From Eledone cirrhosa (taxonomy: Eukaryota), in assembly GCA_964016885.1 (NCBI GenBank), contig OZ024742.1:249550001-249614000 (forward strand): a stretch of 64,000 bases of DNA, written 5' to 3'. The position numbers and the translations under genes are program-made. Shown in pieces: positions 44,925-59,335 of this stretch. How positions within the stretch are numbered: position 1 is the stretch's first letter; the number at the start of each line of letters is the position of its first letter. The notes under the pieces were generated by a model. It did no database searches, was not told where the DNA came from, and saw nothing but the letters and a program-made list of their open reading frames with translations.

Positions 44925-45458
44925 AGAGTTGAGATGGAGGGTCTGTGGTTTTTCTCACCACTGGTTGGTCTCTGAATGTTACTTGTTTTATATGGAAAAA
45001 GTGGCTCGAAATGCCAGGTTTTTCGAGAAGTAATTTGATTGGTTGGTCAATAATTATAATAAATTTCGCGCCAGTTCGCGTTACAAAGTTCTTAAAGTTC
45101 TACAAACAACGGTGGGGGGTTGTCACAGGTTATTTGTTCATATATGAGTGTTTGAATTTCTTTTTACTTAAAAAAGGGGGCTCACGAAGGCTTTTTTTTA
45201 ATAAACGAAATTTGATTGGTTATACATGGAATAATGGCTGTCACGTGAACAAGTTTTCATTAAATTTTCGCGCCCTTATTTGGAAATCTATTCTGTAGCC
45301 TTTTTAGAGAATTTTATGACAAGTAAAAGATAATGGTCAAGAGAAATTGGATGGGAGAATTGTTCTGGTTCAGTGAATATGGTTAGTTCACTGGGGTGTC
45401 AGAATTCAGATTTTCTATTCAATAAAGAAAGTAAAGATATCTATGTTTATTTGTGTGC

Positions 45459-45551
<93 letters not shown>

Positions 45552-45994
45552 GTGTGTGTGTGTTTGAATTTCTTTTTACTTAAAAAAAGGGGGGCTCACG
45601 AAGGCTTTTTTTTAATAAACGTAATTTGATTGGTTAAAAATGAAATTATGAACTTATAAAATTTAATGAAAACTTGTTCACGTGACAGCCATAATTTCAT
45701 TTTTAACCAATCAAATTACGTTTATTTAAAAAAAAGCCTTCGTGAGCCCCCCTTTTTTTAAGTAAAAAGAAATTCAAACACTCATATATGAAAAAAACGA
45801 CCTGTGACACCCCCCACCGTTGTTTGTAGAACTTTGTAACTCGAACTGGCGCGAAATTTATTATAATTATTGACCAACAAATCATTATTTCTCGAAAAAC
45901 CTGGCATTTCGAGCCACTTTTTCCATATAAAACAAGTAACATTCAGAGACCAACCAGATGTGAGAAAAACCACAGACCCTCCATCTCAACTCTA

Positions 45995-46032
45995 CTTTTT
46001 GAAAAGCAGAAGAACTGCGAAACCGGTAAAGG
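45995..46032 (+). ncRNA. Hammerhead with U3-A8 core (TTGAAAA)
   Basis: cttt-TTGAAAA-gcag aagaa ctgc-GAAA-ccgg-TA-aagg. Confidence 0.7.
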
Positions 46033-46097
46033 AACCAAATAAATATATATTTTTTTTTAAATAAGACGCAGTTGCATTTTCGATTTCCTCTTTTTTT

Positions 46098-46291
<194 letters not shown>

Positions 46292-46374
46292 ATAATAATA
46301 AATTTGAAGACTAAAATCCAAAGAGGGCTAGATAAGGATAAATATATATCAGATATATAAGGACCGTAGAGCAA

Positions 46375-46524
46375 ATATTTATTAAAATAACAGATTAAAG
46401 TTTAAGAAAACGAATCGCTGCTTTCACCCTTAACGGGATCTTCTGATTTACTTTTTTAGTTTCAGAAGATCCCGTTAAGTGTGAAAGCAGCGATTCTTTG
46501 CTTAAACTTTAATCTGTAATTTTA

Positions 46525-46530
<6 letters not shown>
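46375..46530. ncRNA. Fold-back pair of hammerhead-like motifs with CAGAAGA core (+ copy 46458-46508)
   Basis: agttt-CAGAAGA-tcccgttaagtgt-GAAA-gca gcgattctt tgc-TT-aaact; homologues at 1689 and 56945. Confidence 0.6.
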
Positions 46531-46590
<60 letters not shown>

Positions 46591-46616
46591 TGTATCGATG
46601 TGTGTATCTGTATATA

Positions 46617-49600
46617 TGATGGCTGCTGATTCCCCTCAGAATAATGTAATCTCTTCAAAATATGTTGATATGTATTCGATTGTGTGCACGTAAGTTACTA
46701 TTATCACTTTCCTGAGAGCCGCATGTTTTCTCACACATACTACACTTAAAACGAATATTGTGGTCCCGGTCATGTCGATTACAGTGTCTGGTTAGGCCAC
46801 TTTGAGAAGAACAGATTTGTACTTACACATAACAAATATAATTATCTGGCCTCTGCGGTAAAAGATCATCAGATTCGGTGTGTGTCTCGCCAACAAATTG
46901 CGATTTTTAGTGATTAACGTGACCAGTTCTAGAAAGCAGAACTTTCTCATAATATTGCATCTAAATTTTGGATTGAAATCTTCTGGAATCTTTCTGTTTG
47001 TTCCCTTTCGTAAGGATCGTTTGAGCTTTGCATGTTTGATGCGTTTTTACTCAAACTTTTCCCAACTATCTTTAATCATGCGAGGCCAACCTTTTCTGAT
47101 GCCCAATTTCTAATATCCATATCTGGTATCTTCAAATTATCCCTAACCACATCTTTGAATCGTTTCTTTGGTTTATGATTTCTTGGGCTACCTGGTATTG
47201 TCCATCTTGATAACATGACTGGTCCAACACATCTGAATTTAGGCAATCACATTTTCAATATTTTCTCAACCAGCTCTTCTCAGTACTTCTGTATCTGATA
47301 ACAAATATGCCCAGTTAATTCCTAAAATTGGTCTAAGACAGTTTCGGTGAGGCATTTATAGCCATTTTATGTGACGCCTTTATGGTGTCCACATCTCAGA
47401 TTAATACAGTAATACAGTTAACACATAGTTTGTATACACTTATTTTAGTTACTAGGGAAGGGTCCGATCTTCCTACACTTCTTTGGTTTTAAATGCTGAA
47501 GTGGAATTTTGAATTATCTGATAGGTTTCCGCATCAAGTCATCCATCTTTCCTAATAATTGTTTCTACTTTTGGCACAAGGCCAGCAATTACCCAGTGTA
47601 TTACTGGTATTTTATTTTATCGACCCCGTAAGGATGAAAGGCAAAGTTAACCTTGGCGGGATTTGAACTCAGAATGACAAGGGCCGTAACTCTATACGTC
47701 AAAGCATGGCGTCCGACCCTCTACCGATCTTTCCTAATAATGCTTCCAAGATATGTGAATCTATCTACCACACTTAGTGGTGTGATGTTCAATGTTATGT
47801 TTGGCTTAACATGAGTCTCTCCTGGAGGAGGAGTGAACATTACCGTAGATATTGTGAAGTTGATGCTCAGTCTAAAATCATGATAATCCCTAGAAAAATG
47901 AATCATTATGACTTGCATCTCTCCTTCACTCTGTGCTACAATATTACTATAATCTGAAAACAACAGTTCAAGGATAATGCCCGCAGCAGTTTTAGATTTA
48001 GCGTAAAGACGGCGCAAGTTCAAAAGATTACCAGATATCTGAAACAGCAAGTAAACGTCCACATTACAATCCCTAAATGCCTAGTTCAGACTGGCTGCGA
48101 AATAGTGTGTCCCTTTGTTTAACATCATTTTCAATTTTAATCAGCACAGAGAGTTTACCAGTAAAATTAAATCTTCCTTTCATATCATTGTGAAATCTCT
48201 TAAACAAATCCACCAGCTCTGAGGGACGACCAACTTCCCCGAGAACTATCCATAAAGCATTTCGATTCACTGTATCCAAAGTCCTAGTAAGATCTACAAA
48301 GACCTGGTACAGTGGAAATCTATGTTCAAAGCAATTCTCCTGCAATTATCGTGCAGTGATTGTCATGTCCATGGTGCCACCATTCGATCTGAATCCACAC
48401 TGACTCTCTGGTAGAACCGAGGGACAGATCCAGAACGGCAATCTGTTAAGCAATAACTTGGCAAGAACCTTTCCAGTGGCTCTAAGCATACTGATACCAC
48501 GATAGTTGTTGCATTTTGCTGTAGATCATTTGCTCTTGTACAATGATATTATCATTACATCTATCCAATCTTGGGACATATCGCCACCCTGCCAAATTCA
48601 GAAATGTGTATACCTGACTAGTAACAACGTCTCCTCCATATCTCAAAAGCTCAATTGGAATACCTTTCCTGGCATCTACTCTGATAATTGCCGATTCTAC
48701 TTCAGCCAGGGTAGGTGAATCCATCAGCTCTGCAATTATTTCTGTCTGGTCAAGAGAGTTAATTCCCCTAAATCAATTTCTGACAGATTATGAAACAAAT
48801 CAGTGAAATGTTCCTGCCATCGCTTCATAATACCATCAGCATCCCTGTACGAATTACGACCACCCCTGTACAATCCAGACATCACACTTGATGAATTAGG
48901 CTCCGAAACTTGATTAATGAGGTTGTAAAGTGCACTCGAGTCTTTCCTATCATAAGCTCTTTAAGTTTCTGAAGCAACATTAGCCACCACTTATTTTTCA
49001 TTGTTCCGATTTATTGTTGTAGTGTTGCTTTCAATTGCTTGAAGAAAGATTTAGCTGCTGGTAACTCGGCCTGGCTCTCCTTGAGCATTTTGAGGTTCAT
49101 TTCCTGCTTTTGTTGCAGAAGGATGCCAATTTCTTACTTGTTTTCATCGGACCAATTCCTGTGTTTCTTTTTCTTGCATTCTAACATATTAGCCCCAACT
49201 GAGTATACTACTCTCTTAACCTAATCCCACGTTTCATCAAACTATTTCAGCACTTTCATAGCCCAAGTTTTCATGAACCTCAGCAACGTCCAGATTTGAA
49301 ATATCAATACGTTTACAAACCCTAACTCACCCAATCTTTAACTTTTTGCCTAATTCGTAGCTTTAATTTATCTCTTTAAAGGGACTGATCTGCCCTACAC
49401 TCTGTCCCTCGCATTACATTTACTGAGCAAATATCTGGCAAATATTGTTTTTTAGAGATGATGTAATTTAATATATGGCCGTGCTCTGATCTAGCATGTG
49501 TCCATGTGACTTTATGATTTTTTTATGGGAAAAATGCATTGCAAATCAGCAATCCAAATGTAATCCATTATTATTCATTTTTCCTAGACCATATGCGCCT

Positions 49601-49700
49601 ATACATCCTAAATATCATGACCTATACGAGCATTGAAGTCACCATGCAGAAGGTGGCCTTTGGCGAACTTTCTGAATGCGCCAGTCCCTGCCAAGCTGTC
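46617..49700 (-). mobile_element. Long degenerate RTE-clade LINE (APE-RT region) with (TA)n tail
   Basis: PTLAEVESAI, LPESQCGFR, FVDLTRTLDTVNR, ELLFSDY, FTYLGS motifs; many stops. Confidence 0.88.
47560..47726 (-). mobile_element. SINE (Meta-like) inserted in the RTE with a 15-bp TSD
   Basis: atctttcctaataat at 47545-47559 and 47727-47741. Confidence 0.92.
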
Positions 49701-49849
49701 AAAGTGCATGTATTGTACTACTTACTAGTCGCATTTTCATTTCACTCGTTACTGGCGACAAGGATCTTGATTTTCCTCCAAATCGTAGAACTTGGATATG
49801 AGATATGAGTCTACGTGTACAGCTTGGAATATAAAGTTCAGTCATTACT

Positions 49850-50230
49850 GTGGAAGTACGCAAAGTTGCCAAGTTCTCAAAACTATTTTAGATGCACGGA
49901 AAAATTAAGGTGATGCTGACTGTATTTTTAAGTAACCGAGGCATTGTGCCTTACGGGTAAGAACGACTAGGTAAATAATTACAAAGTATGTCTATCAAGA
50001 AATCATCTGACGTTTACAGGATTGAGATCTGCGCAAGAAACTGGCAGTTTTATCATGAAAACGCCATAGTTCATTCGTAGCAGCTGATCCAAATGTTCTT
50101 AGTAAAGAAATGCATTTCGCTCATTTGGCATGCTCCTTATTCTCCAGACATGACTCCTGAAGACATCATTGAGACCTGCAAAGACATCATTCGGATAAAG
50201 AATGGGTAGTTGTGTGGAGGCTAATAAGGA
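49850..50230 (+). pseudogene. Mariner transposase relic
   Basis: KVMLTVFF..RGIV, NWQFYHENA and PYSPDMTP motifs. Confidence 0.7.
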
Positions 50231-50300
50231 AAACGTTTTTATAATTTTTTTCTGTTACTTCATTCACTTCTTTTTCATTTCTCTCCTTTTTCATTTTGTT

Positions 50301-50301
50301 T

Positions 50302-50361
<60 letters not shown>

Positions 50362-50366
50362 CACTA

Positions 50367-50439
<73 letters not shown>

Positions 50440-50448
50440 CACTACTAC
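50301..50448. repeat. (TAC)n microsatellite
   Basis: Direct reading. Confidence 0.95.
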
Positions 50449-50801
50449 CGTGCAGCTAAGTTATTGTGTTTGGTCATTCTAGAGGTGCTTTTATGGTTTT
50501 CCATAAAGAACAGGCTTTAACACAATCTGTCTGTCATTTCAATACAGACTGACTCGACACCACTTTTTTATATTTCCATTTTTTGCTCTCATTCAATACG
50601 CACAATACTATGTAGACATGTATCCACACCCATACATTAATATATATATATATATATATATAACAAAGAAGATGTGGTAAGATACCAGGTGGACCATAAC
50701 GTACCAGAGTACACGATACTTGGGGTAGTAGAGTGGGTAATATGAAAAGATTCAGGACTCCAACGGCTGAGCTCCAGCCGTTTCGACAGCTAGATCCGAA
50801 C

Positions 50802-51825
50802 TCAGCCTTTTCTTCTCTTCTTTTCAAAACGCCTGGTGATTACAGCATCATTATTATCATACCAGTCTCGGTGTTTTGTCTTCGTAAGACTGATTACATT
50901 AACCGCAGCACTGTAAATATGTTTTTTAAATGAAAGGCTTGCTCAGTCACAGAAATTCCGCCTAAGTTACTTCCTACTCCGGAAACTGCCGACGACACTA
51001 CATAAGATATAAGCCGCCCGCGTATCGGTTAGCAACTATCTACCTTCAACTCGTTGCTGCTTCTCTAGCTGTCGAACGGGCAAGTGCGATTGCTAACATA
51101 TAACCCAGTACAACCTGTTGCATGGTAGAGTCGTTGGTGACTATAACGGGAACCGCGCCAAACTTGTTTGGTGAGTAGGGTGATTTTGGAGAACCTGCTT
51201 GATGATAGACAAATCATGACGAGGGGTGGAGGAACTCGTGAGAATCAACGGCCATCCGATAGTGTATACATATGTATATGTGGCTGTTTGGATTGTTTGC
51301 GCGCGTGTGTGTTTCTACTTATATATAAGTAAAAAAAACAACTTTTAAACTTGATATTCTCTTATACATTTATCTGGAAAAACGTGTCCTTATATTTACC
51401 AATAAACTTTCTTTTTTCCTACGCGAACGCCACTCTGAAAAAACGTGAAGTGGATACAGCTACCAATCATCATATGCCTGGTTGCCATTGGATTCTGGTC
51501 GTTGATGCTTAGAGTGCAGCATGTGTATAACACAAACAAATGCTGCTTTGATCTTCTTGTTCAGATATCTCTTCAAATTTCTGTGGTAATAGGGAAGTAG
51601 CGACGTATACACACCTAACGAGTTGGAGGTAGATAGTAGCTATCCGTACATGGGTGGCTTAAAGCTTATGTAACGTCGTTGCCAGTTTCCGGAGTAGGAA
51701 GTGACATAGGCGGAGGTTTTGTGCTCTGGTTAATGTACTCAGTCTTGCAAAGACAAAACAACGAGACTGGTTTGATCATAATGATGCTGTGATCACCAGG
51801 CTTTTTGAATAGAAGAAAAAGCTGA
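50802..51825. mobile_element. MITE-like element with long imperfect terminal inverted repeats
   Basis: 50802-50998 is the reverse complement of 51675-51825 (cctggtgat..cagcatcattat; acttcctactccggaaact). Confidence 0.65.
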
Positions 51826-51879
51826 TTAGAATTGCCTTGTGGCAGCAGGTCTAGTGAGTGCCATTTTTGCGAAGGTCTT

Positions 51880-52460
51880 TAAAGAAGCAAAGTCAAATTT
51901 GCAATGGAACACTCGACAGATAAAGAAAAACTGGTGGTCTTAAGTTTCAGCAGAGATACAGAGAGCGTATAACTGCAGAGATCTAAAGGTACAATGAAGC
52001 AGAGTAAGGCACGTTTTGGGCCCACAATCCTTAAAGGTGGCACATATTGAAGTCAAAGGATGGGAACGTCCTTATCAAAGAGCCAGTGAGAATCATACGT
52101 TGTTGGAGAGAACACAATACAGATCTGTTTGATAACCCATCTGTAATTGATGAGGCACTTATGAAAGAACTGCCGCAAAAGGAAACTGTGACAGAGATGA
52201 TAACGGATCCGACCAATGATGAGATAAAGTCTTCTATCAAACAGATAAAGATAGGGTAAGCTCCAACTTTGGAAGGAATACCTGTTGCGCTAATCCGCTT
52301 TGGAGTAGACAATATTGTTATGGCCATTCATGGGCTAGTTTATCTGTATTAAAATAATTGTGGTTTAATTTGAAATTCAGCTTGTAGACTGACCAGGCAT
52401 GTTAGAATGCATGATGACGTACCCAAAACAGTAATGTGAGGAAACTGTTCAAGTGTCAAA
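51880..52460 (+). pseudogene. RTE LINE internal relic
   Basis: KSKDGNVLI..RCWREH..LF..PTNDEIKSSIKQIK.G*AP..EGIP. Confidence 0.8.
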
Positions 52461-52599
52461 TCTATGAACGTGCTTCCACAGTGGTTCTGAAAAGTCCTAA
52501 GTCACCTGCGTGCATATATTGTGTAATGTTCAATGGAATTAAGACACTCTTCTGACAATAGGTAGCAAGCAATATATATATAGTAGTTATATATATTGT

Positions 52600-52630
<31 letters not shown>

Positions 52631-52634
<4 letters not shown>

Positions 52635-53236
52635 TGGCTGCCAACTCGTTTTCGAGTTCGAGTACGGCCACTACTTTATATCCATGTAGGAGAACCCCTA
52701 CTGATGCGCTGAACGAGTGTGACTTTTTAGTCCAGCAAGCGACTTGAAAACTCTGGGACAAACACTTCACTTGTGACAATTATTGACACATAGTGCTGGG
52801 CCCATGGTACCATGTGACGACAAGTGCAGAGAGATCTCCAGATATAAAGCAATGCTTGTGCCGTGAAGTTTTATAGTGAGCACAAAGCCAGTCCCACTCT
52901 CTTAACCAAGATGATATTTACCAAAAAGAAGAACAAGTCAACATCATTCGATACCATCAGGGTTGCAGGTGCTATATCAGAGTTTTCCTTCTCCTAGAAT
53001 TCTGCCCCGACAAAGGCTAAGGGGTCATCTCTCCCGGTGATTTTGGATGGCCATTGACTCTTAAGAGCTCCTTTGCCCTTTGACAGGTTTTGTTTTTAGT
53101 CCTGCAGGATGTCCAAAGTCACCCTCCTCACCAAGAAACCTTGGTGGGGTTGCCAGTTTAGTTGTCAACAAGCCGACCATGAGACAGGTTGTACTGGGAT
53201 ACATGTTACCAGTAGCACCAACTGGTGACCTGACAT
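52631..53236 (-). mobile_element. Non-autonomous RTE-derived element (5' UTR-like + 3' end) between (TA)n tracts
   Basis: ctaggagaaggaaaactctga RTE-5'UTR-like motif; ends gcagccaccat(at)n like 8704 and 46617; 5' part homologous to ~51100-51200. Confidence 0.6.
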
Positions 53237-53265
53237 AATATATATATATATATACATACATACAA

Positions 53266-53297
<32 letters not shown>

Positions 53298-53311
53298 TTA
53301 TATATACATAC

Positions 53312-53462
<151 letters not shown>

Positions 53463-53539
53463 GGTGGCTGCCAACATATATGTTGATTTAAAACTGCACT
53501 ATCCACAAGTGTTTTTTAGCCTTCATATCATGTTCTCCT

Positions 53540-53608
53540 GTTTTATCTGATGAAAACACAAATATTATTGCATGATGATGTTTGTTTTTGAAATGCGCAT
53601 AATAAAAT
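53540..53608 (+). ncRNA. Canonical type I hammerhead ribozyme (family D)
   Basis: gttttat-CTGATGA(53547)-aaacacaaatattatt..gatgatgtttgttttt-GAAA(53590)-tgcgca-TA-ataaaat. Confidence 0.85.
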
Positions 53609-53637
53609 ACATGGAACTCCTTTAACCATCTTTTGAT

Positions 53638-53680
<43 letters not shown>

Positions 53681-54215
53681 CTTCAGCGAAATCGAATTTC
53701 GGCAGTGGTCGAAATCAAAGCGAAACAATTTTTTCAGCGATATGCAGCAAGCGCTCAATGGACTTAAAAAGACCAGAGAAATAAACATAGGTTATAGAGG
53801 CCAAACAAACTGAGAGGGCGGTCGAGAAGCCATCAGCCACCTTAGCCAAACAAACGAAGCAAGCTAAACAGGTCAAACAAGAATATTTACCTGGACCACT
53901 GGAATTGATGGTATAATCCAGTAAAGGGTTTCTGCGACAACTAAATCAATAATACTGCCTGCTTACATATTAAGCTTTTGGTATAATGATCGAACAAAGC
54001 TGCCACTTCGACAAGAGATATTTTGTTCTCAGCCAGCGAGCGGGATCGCGGCAGTAGTAATATGTAGTAGTGATAACCACACGTGTATTACCCTGCATGG
54101 GAGGTAACCGCAGTTTTTGGCGGATGAATTCAGCATGTGTAAAATTAATGCAAGAATTGCAATAAAAGCACAAATCGAATTAAGCTATCTCTCTTTCTCC
54201 CTCTCTATCTCTATT

Positions 54216-54800
<585 letters not shown>

Positions 54801-55250
54801 TAAAAAGACCTTTGCTTCTTTCGTAGTGAGACATTCATGTTTTTATTGTATAGAAACACACCATTTATATATGTTCATATACACACCTATTATGAGCAAC
54901 GCTATGTTAGTGCTACAGCAAATTAGCAACTCTCATACTCATTAATAGTCCAACATTTGCTACCCTTCTGAATGGTCATGAAAGCCCGTGATAATGTGCC
55001 TCTTCGATGACTTCACTGGTAACGTTCACTTCGAGGAACTTGTTCTTTACTCTGAAGGAGTCTCGTCTCTTGATACGCCGTAACCTCAAGGCTTGAAAGC
55101 ACTTTAATTGCACCTTTTTGCATACAAGTAGGTGAAACTGCAGTCGAGACTTTGAAGTGTAATTGGGTATTTTTTTAATCTATTTGCTCTTGACACTTAT
55201 AATTACACACATACACCCCAATCACATCCATATATATATATATATATATA

Positions 55251-55289
<39 letters not shown>

Positions 55290-55294
<5 letters not shown>

Positions 55295-55490
55295 GAAAAT
55301 GATCAAGACCCCAACGGCAGAGCTCAAGCCGTTTCGACGGCTATTTCTGGACAGTCTAGAAGTACCCATCGAAACGGCTTGAGCGCTGCCATGGGGGTCT
55401 TGAACATTTTCCTATTACCCACTCTACAACCCAAAGTATTGAGTACTCTGGTGGGTTATGATCCACCTGGTTCCTTACCACACTTTTTTC

Positions 55491-55492
<2 letters not shown>
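55290..55492. mobile_element. Fold-back family P copy
   Basis: Imperfect palindrome around ~55355 with GAAAcggcttgag. Confidence 0.7.
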
Positions 55493-55556
<64 letters not shown>

Positions 55557-55753
55557 ACTGACCTCTTCGGGGCTAGAACTATTTCATTCGTGTATGAAAT
55601 AATCAGGAATAAAACAGCTCTAGTCCATAGTATCGAGCACCTTTCTTAACTGTCCTTACTCCCGACACAACTCTGGAATCTACAAATATGTGTGTGTGTG
55701 TGTGTGTGTGTGTGTCTGCGCGCGCGCGCGCGCGTGTGTGAGTGTGTGTGTGT

Positions 55754-55834
<81 letters not shown>

Positions 55835-55932
55835 CGTGTGTGTGTGTGTGTGTATCTGGAGTATCTATAATATTCAAAATATTAAAAAATGAGAAATATT
55901 ATCATAACCAAAGTATATATATATATATATAT

Positions 55933-56145
55933 ATTAGAAAGTGAGGTTTTTTTTACAAAATGAAAAATAACCGAGGTGTCCTACACGAGTGAAAGTATAA
56001 AGAAAAAAAGATGAAATCGAAAATGCAACTGGAGTCTTATTTTTTTTTTAAAATATATATATATTTATTTGGTCCCTTTACCGGTTTCGCAGTTCTTCTG
56101 CTTTTCAAAAGTAGAGTTGAGATGGAGGGTCTGTGGTTTTTCTCA
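55933..56145 (-). mobile_element. Family L copy with U3-A8 hammerhead (56075-56112)
   Basis: Near-identical to 44751-44957. Confidence 0.8.
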
Positions 56146-56150
56146 TACAC

Positions 56151-56233
<83 letters not shown>

Positions 56234-56329
56234 TTCAGCTAGATTCCTGCCGTTCTAATACTGGTGACTTAGTTCGGATCTAGTCGACGAAACGGCCAGA
56301 GCTCTGCCGTCGGGGTCCTGACTCCTTTC

Positions 56330-56381
<52 letters not shown>

Positions 56382-56382
56382 T

Positions 56383-56712
56383 ATAAAAGAGAGATAAACA
56401 CAGATTTATACATATATGTGTTGAAATCATAAGGGACCAGGTTCGCTAGAGTTTACTCATTTTACACCCACTGATGAGCCAAGAATTGGTAATCTTCTCC
56501 ACTTAAATTGTGAAACAGTTTCACCAAAAGCTGTCTGAGTATCTGGTAGCTACCCCATATAGGTTTGTATTTATTATCTTGATTTATTCTTTTAAACTGA
56601 GTCTGGCAAACCCTATTGTTTATAGTTAGTATTTTTTTTATCCTAGCAAACCTGGTCCCTTATGATTTGAACACACATATGTATATATCTGTGTTTATCT
56701 TTCTTTTATATG
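56383..56712 (+). mobile_element. pLTR-like element: HHR (56466-56541) with an inverted copy of its 3' end at the 5' side
   Basis: accca-CTGATGA(56471)...GAAA(56512)-cagttt caccaa aagctg-TC-tgagt; 56383-56449 is the reverse complement of 56643-56711. Confidence 0.7.
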
Positions 56713-56802
56713 CAGTCATAGTATACGGCTCGGAGAAATCTCTTTCTTTGAGCTATTTATTTGTAAGAAACTATTTTGAGTTTCTAACTCAATATATACC
56801 TT

Positions 56803-56883
<81 letters not shown>

Positions 56884-57001
56884 TAAAATTGAAGACTAAA
56901 ATCCAAAGAGGGCTCGATAAGGAAAATATATATCAGATATATAAGATCCCGTTAAGGGTGAAAGCAGCGATTCTTTGCTTAAACTTTAATCTGTTATTTT
57001 A

Positions 57002-57057
<56 letters not shown>

Positions 57058-57535
57058 TGTGTGTGTGTGTGTGTGTGGGTGTATAAATTTATATATATAT
57101 ATATATATATATATGTTCATTGTTTCCAGTCCAAATGTACTTACCCACCTACCTCATATATCCCTGCCGTTTCCTGTATATTTTCATTGTGGTGGTTTAC
57201 AGTTTTTTCTTCCTCAGTACACTTATATATATATATGTGTGTGTCTGTCACTGTTTCTCTCTTCATCTCTTTCTTTTTTCCTTTTTATAACTTAATTATA
57301 TTCAAACATCTTTCTCTCCTTCTTAACCTGCTGTATATATGTATCTCTCTATTTCTCACCCACTCACCTGTTATTATCATTGTTGTTGTTATCGTTGTCC
57401 TTAAACAATACGAGTACATTTACCCCATTGTGTTTAGAACATCAGCATGAGAAGCACCGGATATATATATATATAGAATTAGCCGTCGAAAAGGCTTGAG
57501 CTCAGCCGTCGGGGTCTTACTGGTTCCTAAAAACA

Positions 57536-57595
<60 letters not shown>

Positions 57596-57899
57596 GTATT
57601 TTGGTTGTTTGTTTGCTTTATATTATTTTGTATGCACTCTGGTCAACAATAAGTCTTTAGGGTTCTTATTTCAGAAAACATCAGAATAAATATGAATTTC
57701 ACTGGATTTACTGTTAAACCGAACAAGCAGAATCAATCAAGCATGGCTTACACAGTACGAAAAAGAAGTTCTATTGAACATTCCTTGATTACGCTTCAGT
57801 TCTTTGAGTCAATAAATGATTAAGTAAACATCAAGCATTACTTAAGGTTCGCTTCGTAACATTAATAATATCATGTCTAAAAGGTGGAGAGTTATTGTG

Positions 57900-58420
57900 A
57901 AAAATATAACATGTCTCGGTTTAGAATAAAGCGTTTCTTTTGCCATGGATCAGACAGTGCAATTTGGTTCCATTATGCGAATCCAAGGTTTGATCTTTTC
58001 ACTTCCTTGCTCACCATACAAATAATATTAAGCTCCTCGTCACAATATTAAGTTCATAGACACACGAATTTGACGCCTATATATGAATAATACTTCATAC
58101 ATGACACCACCTATATACAAACATTCTTCTTCTTCTTCTTCTTCTTCTTCTTCTTCTTCTTCTTCTTCTTCTTCTTCTTCTTCTTCTTCTTCTTCTTCTT
58201 CTTCTTCTTCTTCTCCTTCTTCTTCTTCTTCTTCTTCTTCTTCTTTAAGAATCAATCGATTAACGTTACCCAAAGAAACTTCGGAGAATCTTATTTTGGC
58301 CGCTTGTATTCGCGATTCTATTCGTTCGGTCATTACTCAAGATCGGGTATGAAGTGGTAACATGACTGACAAATGTAGGATCACTCGACTAATATTTGCG
58401 AAACATCAAAGTTTCTCTAT
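57900..58420 (-). pseudogene. RTE-like LINE 3' relic interrupted by (TTC)n
   Basis: MTERIESRIQAAKIRF resembles the RTE post-RT motif; (TTC)n at 58125-58243. Confidence 0.55.
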
Positions 58421-58722
58421 TTTAAGAGCATGCCCGATTTATTGAAGGCTCGACAATTGTTACCCCTTTCAGTAAAACCAGCTGCATGCTTTACGTCATG
58501 TGCTCTGAAATAATACTTACTATCATTTACATTAAATATTACATTAGAGATTATCGTTAATCAAACAATTTGCTTATCAAAGCATCACTAATACATACAT
58601 AATATATATGTGTACGTATGTATGAATGTATGTATGTGTGTATGTGTGCGTGTATGTAGTATACATGTATGTACGTATGTAAACATGTACGTATATATAT
58701 ATATCTATGTGTGTGTGTGTGC

Positions 58723-58789
<67 letters not shown>

Positions 58790-59146
58790 CGTGTACGTGT
58801 CCGTGCGTGTGTGTGTTTATTTTTCTGGGTGTGTCTGCGGTAGATAGTGGCTACTCAGAGTTAATTAATCGTACTCAGAAATAAAAGAAGATATATTACA
58901 AACGCTTTGATGTGGCAGCATTTTATCAGTTTTTATCGCAATCACAGTAAATATATACGTACGCACATTCTGTCTGAATGTATGTATGTATGTATATATG
59001 TATGTATGTGGATGTATGTATGTTTGTTTGTATGTATGTAAGCATGTATGTCTGTATTATTATATATGTATACATGTATACATGCATGTATCTATGCATG
59101 CCAGCAAGTATATATATATACGACTATTTATAAATATATATATAAA

Positions 59147-59189
<43 letters not shown>

Positions 59190-59210
59190 GTATATATATA
59201 TATATAAATG

Positions 59211-59244
<34 letters not shown>

Positions 59245-59248
59245 AATA

Positions 59249-59335
<87 letters not shown>

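Noticed and set aside
53080-53236. Twister ribozyme suggested by GAGGAGGG
   Set aside because: Lacks the GCCGGUCCCAAGCCC-type core and the UAA loop
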